A stretch of 63,624 nucleotides of DNA, filler included, from Calcarisporiella thermophila CBS 279.70 (GCF_041956535.1; 5 parts of 5 records of this genome joined end to end with filler, not necessarily neighbours in it), one strand, 5' to 3'; positions 1 to 11,120 are shown, numbered from the whole stretch's first letter. Notes: generated by a model from the letters alone, not told the origin. Numbers and translations: made by a program.

Positions 1-157
1 ATCCGCAGAGCCGGACACGCAGGCCTTCTACGACGCATTCCCAGCCTCACTGGAAGAACACAGGTTAATAATGGGAGGCGACTTCAACACACATCTCGAT
101 CCAGCAATTGACCGCACACCACCAGCTCCCAACTCCCAAAACCGCAGAGGCTCCTCA
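1..157 (+). mobile_element. LINE ORF2 APE-endonuclease segment, inverted relative to the adjacent LINE piece
   Basis: + strand translates AEPDTQAFYDAFPASLEEHRLIMGGDFNTHLDPAIDR, containing the GGDFN APE motif. It would logically continue the minus-strand ORF at 155..511. Confidence 0.8.
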
Positions 158-843
158 CATCGACTTCGGGTAGGGGAGGAGAGGGAAACGGGCCACACAT
201 TTTAGGACACGCCCTTCCAAGGCGATGTCCACGTCAGAAAGGATAGTGTCTGGGTGTGTAGATAGTATGGCAGAATGGTATGACCATATAGCTGGTCGGC
301 CCCATTCTCTTTGCCATGGGTGATTGTCATCTTCGTTCTCGGCCGCTATATGTGCTTCTGAGTGTGGGTGGTTTGCTTCGTCAGGGGAGTGAATTTCTTG
401 GAGAAGGATTAGGTGAGGTTTCGATATTAGCTTCAGCCAGTTAAATAGTGTACGTCTTTTTTGGGGGTTAACTAAACCCCGAGTGTTGAGAGATAGGATC
501 GATATAGACATTGAGTAATGGGATATGGAGTTGGGGTGGGAGGTATAATTGTGAATTAGAAGGAGCTGTCCTCCATTCTGTCACTTTCCATCCCGTCGGC
601 ATCCACTGCTTCCACGTCGTTTATATAATCTTTCTTGGGATCGTTTGGGTTCTCTGGCTCTATGGTCTCGTTTTCTTCCAGTCGTGGGTTATGCTGACTG
701 GCTGAGCTCCCTGAGGTTGTGCCACTGCCTCTGCTGGGAGCTCTGCTGTCGGCCAGTGTTGAAATCTGAACGACGGCTGCCATTGTTTTGCTTCTGGTTA
801 CCCTTCCGGTTGGGTTGTCGTTGGATGAGGGTTGGGTCACCAC
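155..843 (-). mobile_element. L1/Tx1-like LINE fragment: ORF1 C-terminus (stop at 556) and ORF2 APE endonuclease N-terminus (511..155)
   Basis: ORF MSISILSLNTRGLVNPQKRRTLFNWLK...ILLQEIH is the canonical N-terminus of an APE endonuclease of non-LTR elements. A low-complexity ORF ends 44 nt upstream of it. Confidence 0.85.
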
Positions 844-858
844 CTTATTAGTTTCTTT

Positions 859-1800
859 TTTTTTGATCAATCAACGTTTTTTTTTTTCTTCTATCGTCGT
901 GAATCCTCTATTTTGTCTTTAAACCTGCAATTCTAAACTATTATATCCATACAAAGTACCATTGAATTTAAATTAAAAACGCGAAAATCGAATAGCGCGT
1001 ATTTATTTCGCCTCATAATCCACTTTTTTAACTCTCCTTAATTGTTAATTAAAGCATGATGAATGAAGGAAAGGACTTTGAAAGCTTTCTCATTCCTTGA
1101 ATTCGTTGGGATCTTTACAGCAATTAAGTTGGGAAACAAAACCATATGAAGCTTTAAAATTGAATCAAAACAGAATGATTAACAACATTAAGCTTGGAAA
1201 ATATAGTGTTCCGTGTAGACGATCCTCACAGTGACAATACGAATCTTGGTTGCTTGGTTGGTTAAGATTTGTCATGATTGCTTATCATCCCATTATACAA
1301 ATATGCTAGCGCGATGATATAGGTAGTGTTGTGATTGCGAATGCATGACATTGTTTTTTAGTTTCAAGACAACATTATTATTACTATCACAATGGTAATA
1401 AAAAAGGAGGGATAGTAAAATAATAGAGATAATATTATATTCAATGGCAGAGATGGAGAATAATGAATGGATTATATCTGTACAGCCTATCCAGCGCTGG
1501 TTGTATATATATATATTTGGAGAACCCTCTAAAAGCTCCAAAAGGAGCCAATTGTGGAGCGGCGCCGCATTTTCACCATCTGAGTCCGCTCTTTCGGTTT
1601 GACAACCACAACTGGACACTCGCATTTATTGAAGAGTGCATGAGATACGCTACCGATCAGTTTGCGTTGTATTGTATTCAATCCACGTGAGCCGACTATG
1701 CACAGATCAGTCAGACAGGAATGTCTCCAGGGCCGAGAAGATGACCCCAGAAACACCCCCTACGGCCGAGAGTTCACTAAAAAACCCCCAACCGGTGTAT
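859..1800 (-). mobile_element. Chimeric retrocopy carrying a USP gene fragment, with SINE-type 3' end and TSD
   Basis: Direct repeat CTTATTAGTTTCTTT at 844-858 and 1801-1815. The minus-strand 3' end reads A11-CG-TTGATTGATC-polyA. Confidence 0.75.
1529..1715 (-). pseudogene. Universal stress protein (UspA-domain) C-terminal fragment inside the retrocopy
   Basis: DLCIVGSRGLNTIQRKLIGSVSHALFNKCECPVVVVK matches the USP signature D-x-I-V-G-S-R-G...GSVS...CPV-x-VV. The N-terminal half is absent. Confidence 0.8.
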
Positions 1801-1818
1801 CTTATTAGTTTCTTTATA

Positions 1819-2148
1819 TTTTTTTTTTTGGATCAATGCCGAGTCTTTATTGTATAGGAAGACTCTAAAATACAACTGTTACATTATTATAAGCAATAAA
1901 GTGAAAGGGAAGCCAAAGTTAAAGCTTTGTGTGATATCGTAGATCGAAATGATATGTTGGTCATATCGACTTTCAGCTCAAATAGGTGAGGGAATGGTGA
2001 AACTCAACTAACTGTGGATATCAAAGGATAACATGGAGGTGGGGTGGGGAGTAAACAAATGGAAAGAGAGGATAGGAAGGGGATAAGGTAGGGATTACTG
2101 CGTTATCCCAGTATCAGTGCCGCTCCGATCGCTCCTTCTCTAACCGCA
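1819..2148 (-). mobile_element. Family B retroelement 3' fragment (probably the 3' UTR of a 5'-truncated LINE)
   Basis: Near-identical to 11469-11695. Ends GAGTCTT..AATAAAGACTC-GGCATTGATC-polyA. Confidence 0.8.
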
Positions 2149-2163
2149 CCCACTTTGAAATAA

Positions 2164-2501
2164 TTTTTTTTTTTGATCAATTAATGGGAACTTTTATTTA
2201 ATTTCCATATATTACATGAAGTTAATGTCAATGAACTTAACGAGATATAGGTCCTTGATCGATAGACTTTCAATCGATATGCGTGTATCGCAGTTGTCGT
2301 GTATAGCATGTACGTGAAACCGATGTAATCTTTTGTACTTATCGTAAGGGCGGTCTTTTCAATAATCAAGACTCAGCTTCTGATCAAGTGGATAGCAGTC
2401 ACAAACTAAGAGTAAGTGCTGGTGGGGGAAGTGGGATTCGAACCCACGCCGTTCTCATCGGCATCCCAGGGATAGTCCACTACACTAACCCTCCCCCCCC
2501 C
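2164..2501 (-). mobile_element. SINE-A, tRNA-derived, full length
   Basis: tRNA-like head with B-box GGTTCGAATCC, ~340 bp long, TTGATC-polyA tail. TSD CCCACTTTGAAATAA at 2149-2163 and 2502-2516. Six copies in the window. Confidence 0.92.
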
Positions 2502-2585
2502 CCCACTTTGAAATAAAATTTTAGGTCTTCTGTTAACTGGACAATAGGTTAAATTCATCACGGTCCATAACAATAAACAGTCACG

Positions 2586-2657
2586 GGTTCTATGGTGTAA
2601 TCGGTAGCACCCAGGACTTTGAATCCTGTAACCTGAGTTCGATTCTCAGTGGAACCA
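2586..2657 (+). tRNA. tRNA-Gln(TTG)
   Basis: Acceptor GGTTCTA/TGGAACC, anticodon arm CAGGA-CT TTG AA-TCCTG, T-loop GTTCGA, 72 nt. Confidence 0.95.
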
Positions 2658-4054
2658 AATATGATATTATTATTTTTTAACTCTATAATTAAGGACAGCG
2701 TATATGCTTTCATACTTTCATAACAATATTGAATGCTATTGAATTTTGGAACATTATTTCCCTTGGGAATAGTGGTGAGACTCGAGGATACTGCATACTC
2801 AACAGTGGGTTCAATTCTAATGCATATATGCAGTGTTTTAAGGGGGGTTATTGGTAATTAGTGTAATTAGTTTGGATTTCCTAATCATTCTTCTACAGGA
2901 GATTTCCGTTTTCGCTTAAGCTAATTCACTCTTGTTTTTGTCTCTCGGATTTCGGCTATTCCTTATCTCAAACCTTATTAAGTGAAAATATGGCAGTTCT
3001 GACAGGGAAAGCTTTGTCCTAACCTATCAGGGTGTTGGGAGTATGGTTAAGGTGGAGCTTATCAACTTTACTTACAACCATTGTATTACTCTGTTTCTTC
3101 TCTTGGTCATTTTCTTTGCGAGCCCTTCTTCTGTGAATATTCTATTAGCGGAATCTCGAGCCGGACAAAAATATGCGTTGCATATGAAACAGGGGTAGAC
3201 ATCATGTTCTTAGTATCCATTGTGAAAAACGAAAAAGTAGAAAATAACTAGAGGGAAGAAAACTACTACAAATGTTTCGTCGTGGAGGGGGTCGGTATCT
3301 CTTCAATCAGGACAGAAAAGGCTTAACTCTGTCAGATAGCTTTTAAAATAGGATAGAGATGACTGACTCACGGATAAAACTTGATGTTAATACCGTCCGC
3401 CTCCGCTCTGGGGCCTATGACTAGGAATACGGTCACCAACAGCGCTTTTTGTAGTTAGAGGAGCGGTATAAACAGGGGTCTCCTCTAATTGGAGATAAAT
3501 AAGCATTAAGGGAATTCGGGTCAATCTAGCAGGTTTAGTGAAACGTCCAGGAGAAGTTGAAGCGAAGAGTTGATGACTATCGATCGTGATGGGCTCGCCT
3601 TGTGTACGCTTATCGTTTTTCTTAGAGAGTGCCTCTGGTTTTTTTTTGCTTGGGGCCTTTTGAACCACCTTCCTTTTGGCGAAAAAACAAGCAGGGGCAA
3701 ATCGAATACAAACATCGGAAATTGAAGAGCTGCAGTCTAAGAGGTCCTTGGGGGCTGAATCACAGCGCTCTGCTCAAGGATGCACAGCCGAGCAGAGGAG
3801 CCGAGAAAAGTGGCAAACCCTGCTGCGCTTAGTAAGATTTTTGTGGCTCCGTTTTTATTTGTAGTTTGCCACCGTGCGATTGGATGCTGGCTAGAATTTC
3901 GATATCCGAATCTCAAGTATCCACAAGGCGAGCGGGTCCCTCTGTTGCTCTCTCCTCTCCTTCTTAGCTCTTGTTCCCAGGGACTCAGCTCTGCAAATAA
4001 TAAAATAAACTAAAGATAATCAAGGGGCAACAGTATATCCGATATCGTCAAGCT

Positions 4055-5631
4055 ATGATACCAAAGCGTACTGACTCTGGCTACAGTCTTGAACGCCAAC
4101 GTAGTTCTCACGACCTCGCATCGCTCTACTCGACCGATACTAATCGGTCCAACGGGTACGGTGGTTATCCATTAGAGCCACTGCAGCAAAATAACGATTA
4201 TGTGGAAGGATTTCTTGACGATTTTTCCGAATGCTACATGGATGACGATGCTGATGAATTTATAGGTAAGTGCCAATTTGCCCATGGTTAATCCTCGTGG
4301 TTGTGGAATTCACTTTCCTTTGGAAAATTGTCGTTGTTGATACTAGATGCTGAGCTCAATCACCGTAAGCGAGAGAGCGCTGCTCGTGAAATTTTTCAAT
4401 CCGAGCGCTCCTACGTGGCTGGACTGTGCAAAATTCGTGATATTTTTCTTGTTCCGCTGACTGCCCGCACTAAGACCACGCACATGGGTAGAGCCATTCT
4501 CATGCCTGAAGAGGTGCAGGCAATCTTTGGCAACTTGGAACAGATTGTGGAGCTCCATGAGCAGATGCTAAAAGAGCTTTCGGAAAGAGAAAAGATTTGG
4601 GGTCCAACCCAACTAGTTGGTGATATCTTCATTAGATACGTAAGTGCCGGAGCATGATAAATTCCACGATACATTAGTAGAAATGAGTAAACTATATCAG
4701 CTGCTAACTCGCGCTTTCTCAATACTCTTTTTGCAGTGTTCCTATTTTCGGTTATACGCAGCATACCTAAAGAATTTTCCAGTTTCAATCTCGACTCTTG
4801 AGCGCTTGTGCAAATCGAATGCTGCATTCAAAAAGCTTCTCAATGTGAGCCACTCTTCAATTGTTTTATTATTTCCCTACAATGTATTGATTTGTTCCTG
4901 TCTCTTTTGCATTATAGCAATGCAACTTGGATATGCGATTAGAAAACATGCCTTTGCAATCGTATCTTCTCCTCCCCGTTCAACGCATTCCCCGATACCG
5001 TCTTCTGCTTGATGCTCTTCTCCGCCGAACCGCAGTTCTTCACCCCGATTACCGCCATCTCGTACGCTGTGTTGAACAAATCTCAATTATTGCCGATGAG
5101 GTCAATGATCATATCGGAGAGGCCGAAAATCAACGCCGGATCGTTGAAATTCAAAGCGCTATCCTCAATTTGCCCTATCCCCTTGTGCATCCTCAGAGAA
5201 GATTGATCAAGGAGGGCCATGTGCAACGCTTGAACGGAAGCAGTAATATTGAGCAGCGCGTGTTGTTTCTCTTCAATGATCGACTTGTGTATGGCAAGGT
5301 GAAAGAGAGGGGGATCTACAGTTTCAAGGGAATGCTTGATCTGATCAATGCATCGGTTGCGGAAGTGGACGGACAGCCTTGCTGCTTCCAGATTTTACCC
5401 GGAAACGGGGAGCGATCACATCTGATCCGAGCTGGAACCCCCGTAGAACAGGCGGAATGGATCCAAGCCTTAGAAAGTATAATACCATTGGTAAAAGTGG
5501 AAAGGGATGATATCTCTTTGAGGAGTGGCTCATCTTCATCCACAGGAAAAGATTCGGAAAAACGCGGCCTAGCAAAAGCGCCGAGTTTTGCATTTGTTGG
5601 CGTTGGGGTGGGAGCATTTCCTATAGGCTAA
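4055..5631 (+). CDS. RhoGEF (DH-PH) protein, 4 exons
   Basis: DH motifs RESAAREIFQSERSYV, AIFGNLEQIVELH, YLLLPVQRIPRYRLLL, followed by PH-like RVLFLFNDRLVY...EQAEWIQAL. GT-AG introns near 4266, 4639 and 4845. Confidence 0.9.
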
Positions 5632-6067
5632 TTGCCTTGATCACACCGCCATCCTTTGTTTATCCATGTTTTGTTGTCCTATTCCCTTTGCTTGTGTATT
5701 TATTGTCGCTTTTTCTTTTGTTATTTAGCCTGTAATTGTAGTGTAGTATTCCCCCGCTCCCTATTTTTTTAGAGTTTTTTTTTTTTTTTTGAAGTGCAGA
5801 TATATTTACACTGATATCACATTGTTAGAGTGTGGAGAAGAGTTTTCTGTTTGAGCGATTGCATTGAATTTTATATCATATATTCGAACAATCAGATGCG
5901 TACGCGCAGAAGGATCTTATAAATAATTCCTAGCCTTCATAAAATCTACAAGAAAGTCGGAAGAAAAAAATCATAAAGCAAAAGAAAGTAGCATTCGCAA
6001 TACAGGCAGTAGTATAGAAACAGATAAATATATGAAGCTGATTGGTCGGCGGGTCTGAAGTGCATAA

Positions 6068-6835
6068 CTAATGCTTCTCTTCCACCTTTTCCAATTCCAG
6101 CTTTGCTCGCTCAACGAGCTCCAACAACTTGGGATCTTTCTCGGTCACAAGGGCGCGTAACCATCCTATTTCTCGCTCAAGCTCCTGCACGCGAGCCTCG
6201 AGTCTTTCTGCTTTCTCGGTCATTTCGCGCGCAGTTCGCTCTAGAGCTTGTTCCCGCAGCTTCTTTTTAATCCGAAATCGAGCCGAAGCCGCAGTGTTGC
6301 GCCTACGCTTGTCCTCCTCTGCAGCCAGCCGAGCCGCCCGCTGCTGGTCCTGCAAAGGTTGGGATTCAGAACTTGATTCGGATGAGGTGCTGCTTGTAGG
6401 TGCGGGATTCTCTTTGGCACTCACGGAATGAGATGCTTCAGAATCCGAGAATTGGACGGAAAGTTTGCGAGCGGCAGCTGCCGCGGGGGCGGTTTGTAAT
6501 GACTTCGAAGGAGGATCGGTTGAAGTAGCCGCCGCAATGGTGTGGCGTCTCCCTGGGGTGGAAGATGCATTAGCCATAAAGATAGAGGTCAAAGCGGCAG
6601 CAATTTGATTCTGTCCCATATTATGACCTGAATAAGGGAGATTTCATTAATCCACGAATCTAGGATCAGTGGAAAATACTCTTTTTATTCTATTTATTGA
6701 TGACTGTTCCTCACCCAATTTATTAAGTCCTAGTTCACCATTGTTCAAAGTAAACTGCGCATTAGCCCACACATCGAGATCGTTGACGTCTGCTTTTTTG
6801 ACATCAAGGTACTCCGGAGGTAGGTGTTCGTGCAT
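6068..6835 (-). CDS. bZIP transcription factor, MetR/Cys-3/Zip1-like
   Basis: DKRRRNTAASARFRIKKK plus leucine zipper ending EIGWLRALV. Upstream exon contains DLDVWANAQF. Short intron at ~6628-6680. Confidence 0.85.
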
Positions 6836-7877
6836 GGATTCCAGATTTAACAGTCAGTCACGAGAAACTATGATGCGAAATCATAAAACTCCCTCAACAA
6901 AAACAAAACAGTGTCAGTTGAGCATCGGAAAGAGCTATCGGAAGAAATGCAAACTAAGAGGAAAACCCCTCAACCAACACTATGAATTCAGGGAACATCG
7001 CCGAGCTTGATTTAGCGGGGGTGGCCAATCAACTCTCCGATCGATGGTGAATTTTTATGAAAAAATTCTTCGAGTGATCCCTGAGGAAGATCCGAATTAG
7101 AATCCCGATTTCCCAGTATAGGCATATTATCTAGGAGTATGGCTAGTGAAAATGGTAATTATAGTGATCGCATCATAAAATGGCGCCATCTTATTGCTCT
7201 TTTAAATCGGATAGAGGCGAAAAAAAAAAAACTTGAATAAGAATTGTGGAATAACCATTTTCGATTTTAATGGGTTTATTATTGTCATCATTTCCACTCG
7301 ACTTATTCCGGTATGCCCTTACTTAAAATCAGGCGAAAACTATAACCGATATTAGGCGGATTTTGAACCTGGTATCGGAGCACGATGTAATTATGATCCA
7401 GGCTACCTACTACAACACATGACTCCATCATTTCGCGTTGTAGAATATTACAGCTAAAACGAGAGATTACGACGAAAGGGCCCAACCCTAACTGTGATGA
7501 AAAAAAAAAGGAAAATAAAAGAGAAGCTGTGCATTGCCCTTCTTCGGTGATCGGCCACCATTTTCGTCTTAGGTAGAAATATGTCGTGCAGCTACATACA
7601 GTTCTTTTGTTAATATTGGCTGAAAGTGGGTCAAGGTGATATTATTATAACGACTACTTTTTTTTTCTATGTAGTTCCTCGTTTTTCTTCTTTTTTTATA
7701 ACCAACCGCTTGTTCATTTACTTTTTTTTTCTCCCTTGACTTTCAAGAGAAGCTTTTAAAGGTATACCAAGAGTCAGGCTATAGGAAGTAGTGAAGGATA
7801 GGAGCGTCCCCTCCCTTTTTTATATTTTGCCATATAAAAGATACATATATACAAGTGTACAAAGAAGAAAAAACATA

Positions 7878-8666
7878 ATGAGTTATTGCTACGATTCACC
7901 TCAGAAGGGAAGTGTTCCTATATCTCACCTTCTCTCCTCTCCTCGTGAGGCTGGTTCGCCACCACGACACGCGTATCCGGGGCCGACCACACCTTCTTCA
8001 TCTCACTCAATGCATAGCCATGAACCACGTTCTCTTGGACTTCATCCTCTTCCCTCTTCCACCATGGGCGAGAATCACCTTCCACCCCCTCCTCCCCCTA
8101 ACTTTTTAAACTATGGGCGGCGATTCTCATCTCCTTCGACGGGAAATGCTCGCTTTTTGCGACCCTTTCCTAGCCCTCCTCCCCCTCCTTCCTTTTTGCC
8201 CACTACCTCATCGGCGTCAGCAAGGGGAATGCATACGCCAAGCGCAGATGTAGGCCTTCGCATTTCTCCTCCATCGAGTTCGCCACTGCAGCCACCGCCA
8301 CTCAGCATCGAGGAGCGGCGTCAGCGAAATAAACAGGCAAGTGCCAAGTATCGTGCAAAGAAGCACATGCAGCATGTTGAGATGCGGCAGCTGATTCAGA
8401 CCCTCACGGAGCAGAATAAACTGCTGCATCATCAGCTCGATGAGGGTAGACGCGAGATCGAGCGGCTGCGGCTGGCGTGCGACAAGCTACGAGCGCGCTG
8501 CATGGCAGATAAGGTGCTGAAAAAATTGAACACAAGTGGCGAGAAGCCGAATGAGTGGGAGAAGAAAAGGAAAAGAGGTGCCTCTTCAGTCGAGAGTTCC
8601 CCGGTGTCCTCGCCGGAATCACCCTCTCCCTCGGGTTGTGCTTCCCCCGTATTCTTGCCGAGCTGA
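7878..8666 (+). CDS. bZIP transcription factor with Pro/Ser-rich N-terminus
   Basis: EERRQRNKQASAKYRAKK basic region followed by heptad leucines. Confidence 0.85.
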   Translation: MSYCYDSPQKGSVPISHLLSSPREAGSPPRHAYPGPTTPSSSHSMHSHEPRSLGLHPLPSSTMGENHLPPPPPPNFLNYGRRFSSPSTGNARFLRPFPSPPPPPSFLPTTSSASARGMHTPSADVGLRISPPSSSPLQPPPLSIEERRQRNKQASAKYRAKKHMQHVEMRQLIQTLTEQNKLLHHQLDEGRREIERLRLACDKLRARCMADKVLKKLNTSGEKPNEWEKKRKRGASSVESSPVSSPESPSPSGCASPVFLPS

Positions 8667-9087
8667 CAAAGATATTGCGGCCCTCTTTAATTTCATAACG
8701 GCTCCTGCTCTCTTAGCGCTTTATTAACCCTTTTCTGGAGGGTGCGAATGCAGTCTATTCACTTCTTTTTCTTTGTACCACCCCCTCTCCTCAACTTGTA
8801 AACCAGCATTTTTTTTTACTCGTTTTTTACTCGTTTTTGCTTTGTACTAAAATGTTGTTAATGAATTGGCGCGTTACTCCAATGCCTTATTCCTTATCTT
8901 CTTTTTATATTTCACCATTTGTTCTCATTTGCTTGTTACCTCTTTCTTTTTATCCAAGCTAAGCTAAGTATTTGTTGTTCTATTTCTTTGTATGAGGAAC
9001 CATTGTTAATAAACTAGATGAGCCTAATCCTCAGTATCTGTTTATTATTCCCCCATTGACAAGTCACGGAGATAGACCAAAAAAAAT

Positions 9088-9169
9088 TGACGAGAGTGGG
9101 ATTCGAACCCACGCCTCCGAAGAGATCACGGCCTTAACGTGACGCCTTAGACCGCTCGGCCATCTCGCC
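9088..9169 (-). tRNA. tRNA-Leu(AAG)
   Basis: GGCGAGATGGCCGAGCGGTCTAAGGCG-TCACG-TT AAG GC-CGTGA, long variable arm, 82 nt, followed by an oligo-T terminator. Confidence 0.96.
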
Positions 9170-9264
9170 CAATTCCTGTAGTTCGAGGTGAAAAAAGCAA
9201 TATGCTCCATCCATTTCACTATTTTTTTCGCCCTTTTTCCTTTTTATTCTAAAATCCATGAGAG

Positions 9265-9602
9265 GGGGGGGAGGGTTAGTGTAGTGGACTATCCCTGGGA
9301 TGCCGATGAGAACGGCGTGGGTTCGAATCCCACCTCCCCCACCAGCACTTACTCTTAGTTTGTGGCTGCTGTCCACTTGATCAGAAGCTGAGTCTTGATT
9401 ATTGAAAAGATCGCCCTTACGATAAGTAAAAAGATTACATTGGTTTCACGTACATGCTATTCACGACAACTACGATACACGCATATCGATTGAACGTCTA
9501 TCGATCCAGGACCTATATCTCGTTATGTTAAGTCCATTGACATAAACTTCATGTAATATATGGAAATTAAATAAAAGTTTCCATTGATTGATCAAAAAAA
9601 AA
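9265..9602 (+). mobile_element. SINE-A, full length
   Basis: TSD CTAAAATCCATGAGAG at 9249-9264 and 9603-9618. Inserted into the 5' edge of a SINE-F fragment. Confidence 0.93.
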
Positions 9603-9618
9603 CTAAAATCCATGAGAG

Positions 9619-9860
9619 TTTGCTGCGTATTTCTCAGGACTCCATGTGCATCGATAGTATAGCAACTAGCAAGCAATATCAAGTGATTAAAAAAAATAGG
9701 TAGCAATACTATTTAAGAGAAATCCAACTACAAAAATGGGAGGCTAAGGGGCAGCACCTGGGAGATTTTGACGTAGAGGTCTACCCATCCATCCCTTATT
9801 TACCCCCGCTCCCTTATGATAAATACTATCAAGTGGACGTAAAAAATACGCCCTAAGAGA
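9619..9860 (+). mobile_element. SINE-F body and tail (head lost), interrupted by SINE-A
   Basis: CCATGAGAGTTTGC...CACCTGGGAGATTTTGACGTAGAGG is similar to 28128-28451 and 29376-29650. Confidence 0.8.
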
Positions 9861-10592
9861 GTAAATAAACCTTTTTATTCTAAAAATGACTGACACAATT
9901 ATTTTTCACTCGAACATTATCTAGGAACTAAGTTATTAAAAGCAATTTAGGTCAGTATCAATATCAGGGCCAATAATAAAATTAAAAAATGTCGGCCCAA
10001 CTATCGGTTGATTGACTGGACTAGAGCTGCTCCTGGTAAAGTGGCAAATCCATAATACATTCACAGAACAATCTTTACTGTTATTTTTTTTTTTTGGTCC
10101 ATTTTTGTTGATTTACATAAGCCCGCTCCCGTATGTTTACGGAATGAAATTATCCAGAGCCGTAATTGTTGAGTCTAAATTTGGCAAAATTTGGGGCCTA
10201 AATAAACTGACCACCAGAACCTTCATTGCATAACAACACCAAGTTGGAATGGATGCATTTGAACTGTAGCTCGTTCGTATCGGGATAAGCGTCGTTCGGC
10301 TGAGAGAGGAGTGAATGGAGGGGAAGTGAATTATTAGTGCCACTACATCCCTTAATTAGTGCCGAAAGTACCTAGCATTGTCCATTGTATTACTTTAGTG
10401 GCCAATTGTTGTCTCCCGCTTTTGACCGCTAGATCAGTGCAATCCACGTCAAAAGTATGTAAATGATTGCAATCCAGCTGAGTGACTAGAAATTCATAAA
10501 ATCATTAAAGCTAAATAGATATAAATATTGTCGTATTGATGCCCTTTGCTGTTTTCAAAAAATATTACCATCGCCAAAATAATTTCATAATG

Positions 10593-10650
10593 AAAAAAAG
10601 TTGGACGGGGTTCGAGTTTATGCCTCCAAAGATCATATGGCCTAAACGCC
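10593..10650 (-). pseudogene. Degenerate tRNA-Leu remnant
   Basis: GGGGTTCGAGTTTATGCCTCCAAAGATCATATGGCCTAAACG resembles the 3' half of tRNA-Leu(TAG) at 10960. Confidence 0.4.
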
Positions 10651-10959
10651 AAGAGTAAATGTGAAAAATTTTAGCCGCGCTATTGGAGGTCATGACGAAA
10701 TAAATTGCTTAACTGAGGAGTGACAAGATGCAAGGAGAGATTACTTAGTGCCGAAGCCGTTTGTTTTATCTCTCCTCTCATCCATGTATTATCCCTGGAC
10801 CCTTTGTGTTAGTAATGCAGTAAGTACGTCAATTTCTGCAATCTGAAGAGGAAGCTAAAACATCAGTATAACTGTGAAAGAATCTGCTAGAATGAGTTGA
10901 TAAATGTAATTTTGACAATATTTGTCACTATTGCAAAAATTGACTTTCGAAAAAAAAAT

Positions 10960-11041
10960 TGACGAGAGTGGGGTTCGAACCCACGCCTCCGAAGAGATCA
11001 CGGCCTAAACGTGACGCCTTAGACCACTCGGCCATCTCGCC
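10960..11041 (-). tRNA. tRNA-Leu(TAG)
   Basis: Same body as the 9088 gene, with anticodon loop TT TAG GC. 82 nt, oligo-T terminator. Confidence 0.96.
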
Positions 11042-11120
11042 TTCGAAAGGAAAAAGTTTAAATATTACTATATAATATAAACCATTCTGACCCCCCTTTT
11101 TTTGCGACAAATCGAACCCC

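Noticed and set aside
1718-1800. HDV-like or hammerhead ribozyme at element 5' ends
   Set aside because: I could not fit the nested double pseudoknot or the CUGANGA/GAAA core by eye. Only a simple hairpin is supported.
3387-4013. Short ORFs between tRNA-Gln and the RhoGEF as a gene or gag fragment
   Set aside because: No recognisable domain or consistent splice pattern.
9265-9345. SINE-A and SINE-F heads as genuine tRNA genes
   Set aside because: They have no proper anticodon arm, and they are attached to a constant body, a polyA tail and usually TSDs.
9134-9706. Recurrent small ORFs (MDSSHKLRVSAGGG..., MIIEKTALT..., 10928..11110, 49471..49713, 56073..56282)
   Set aside because: Chance translations of SINE or tRNA sequence, with no coding features.
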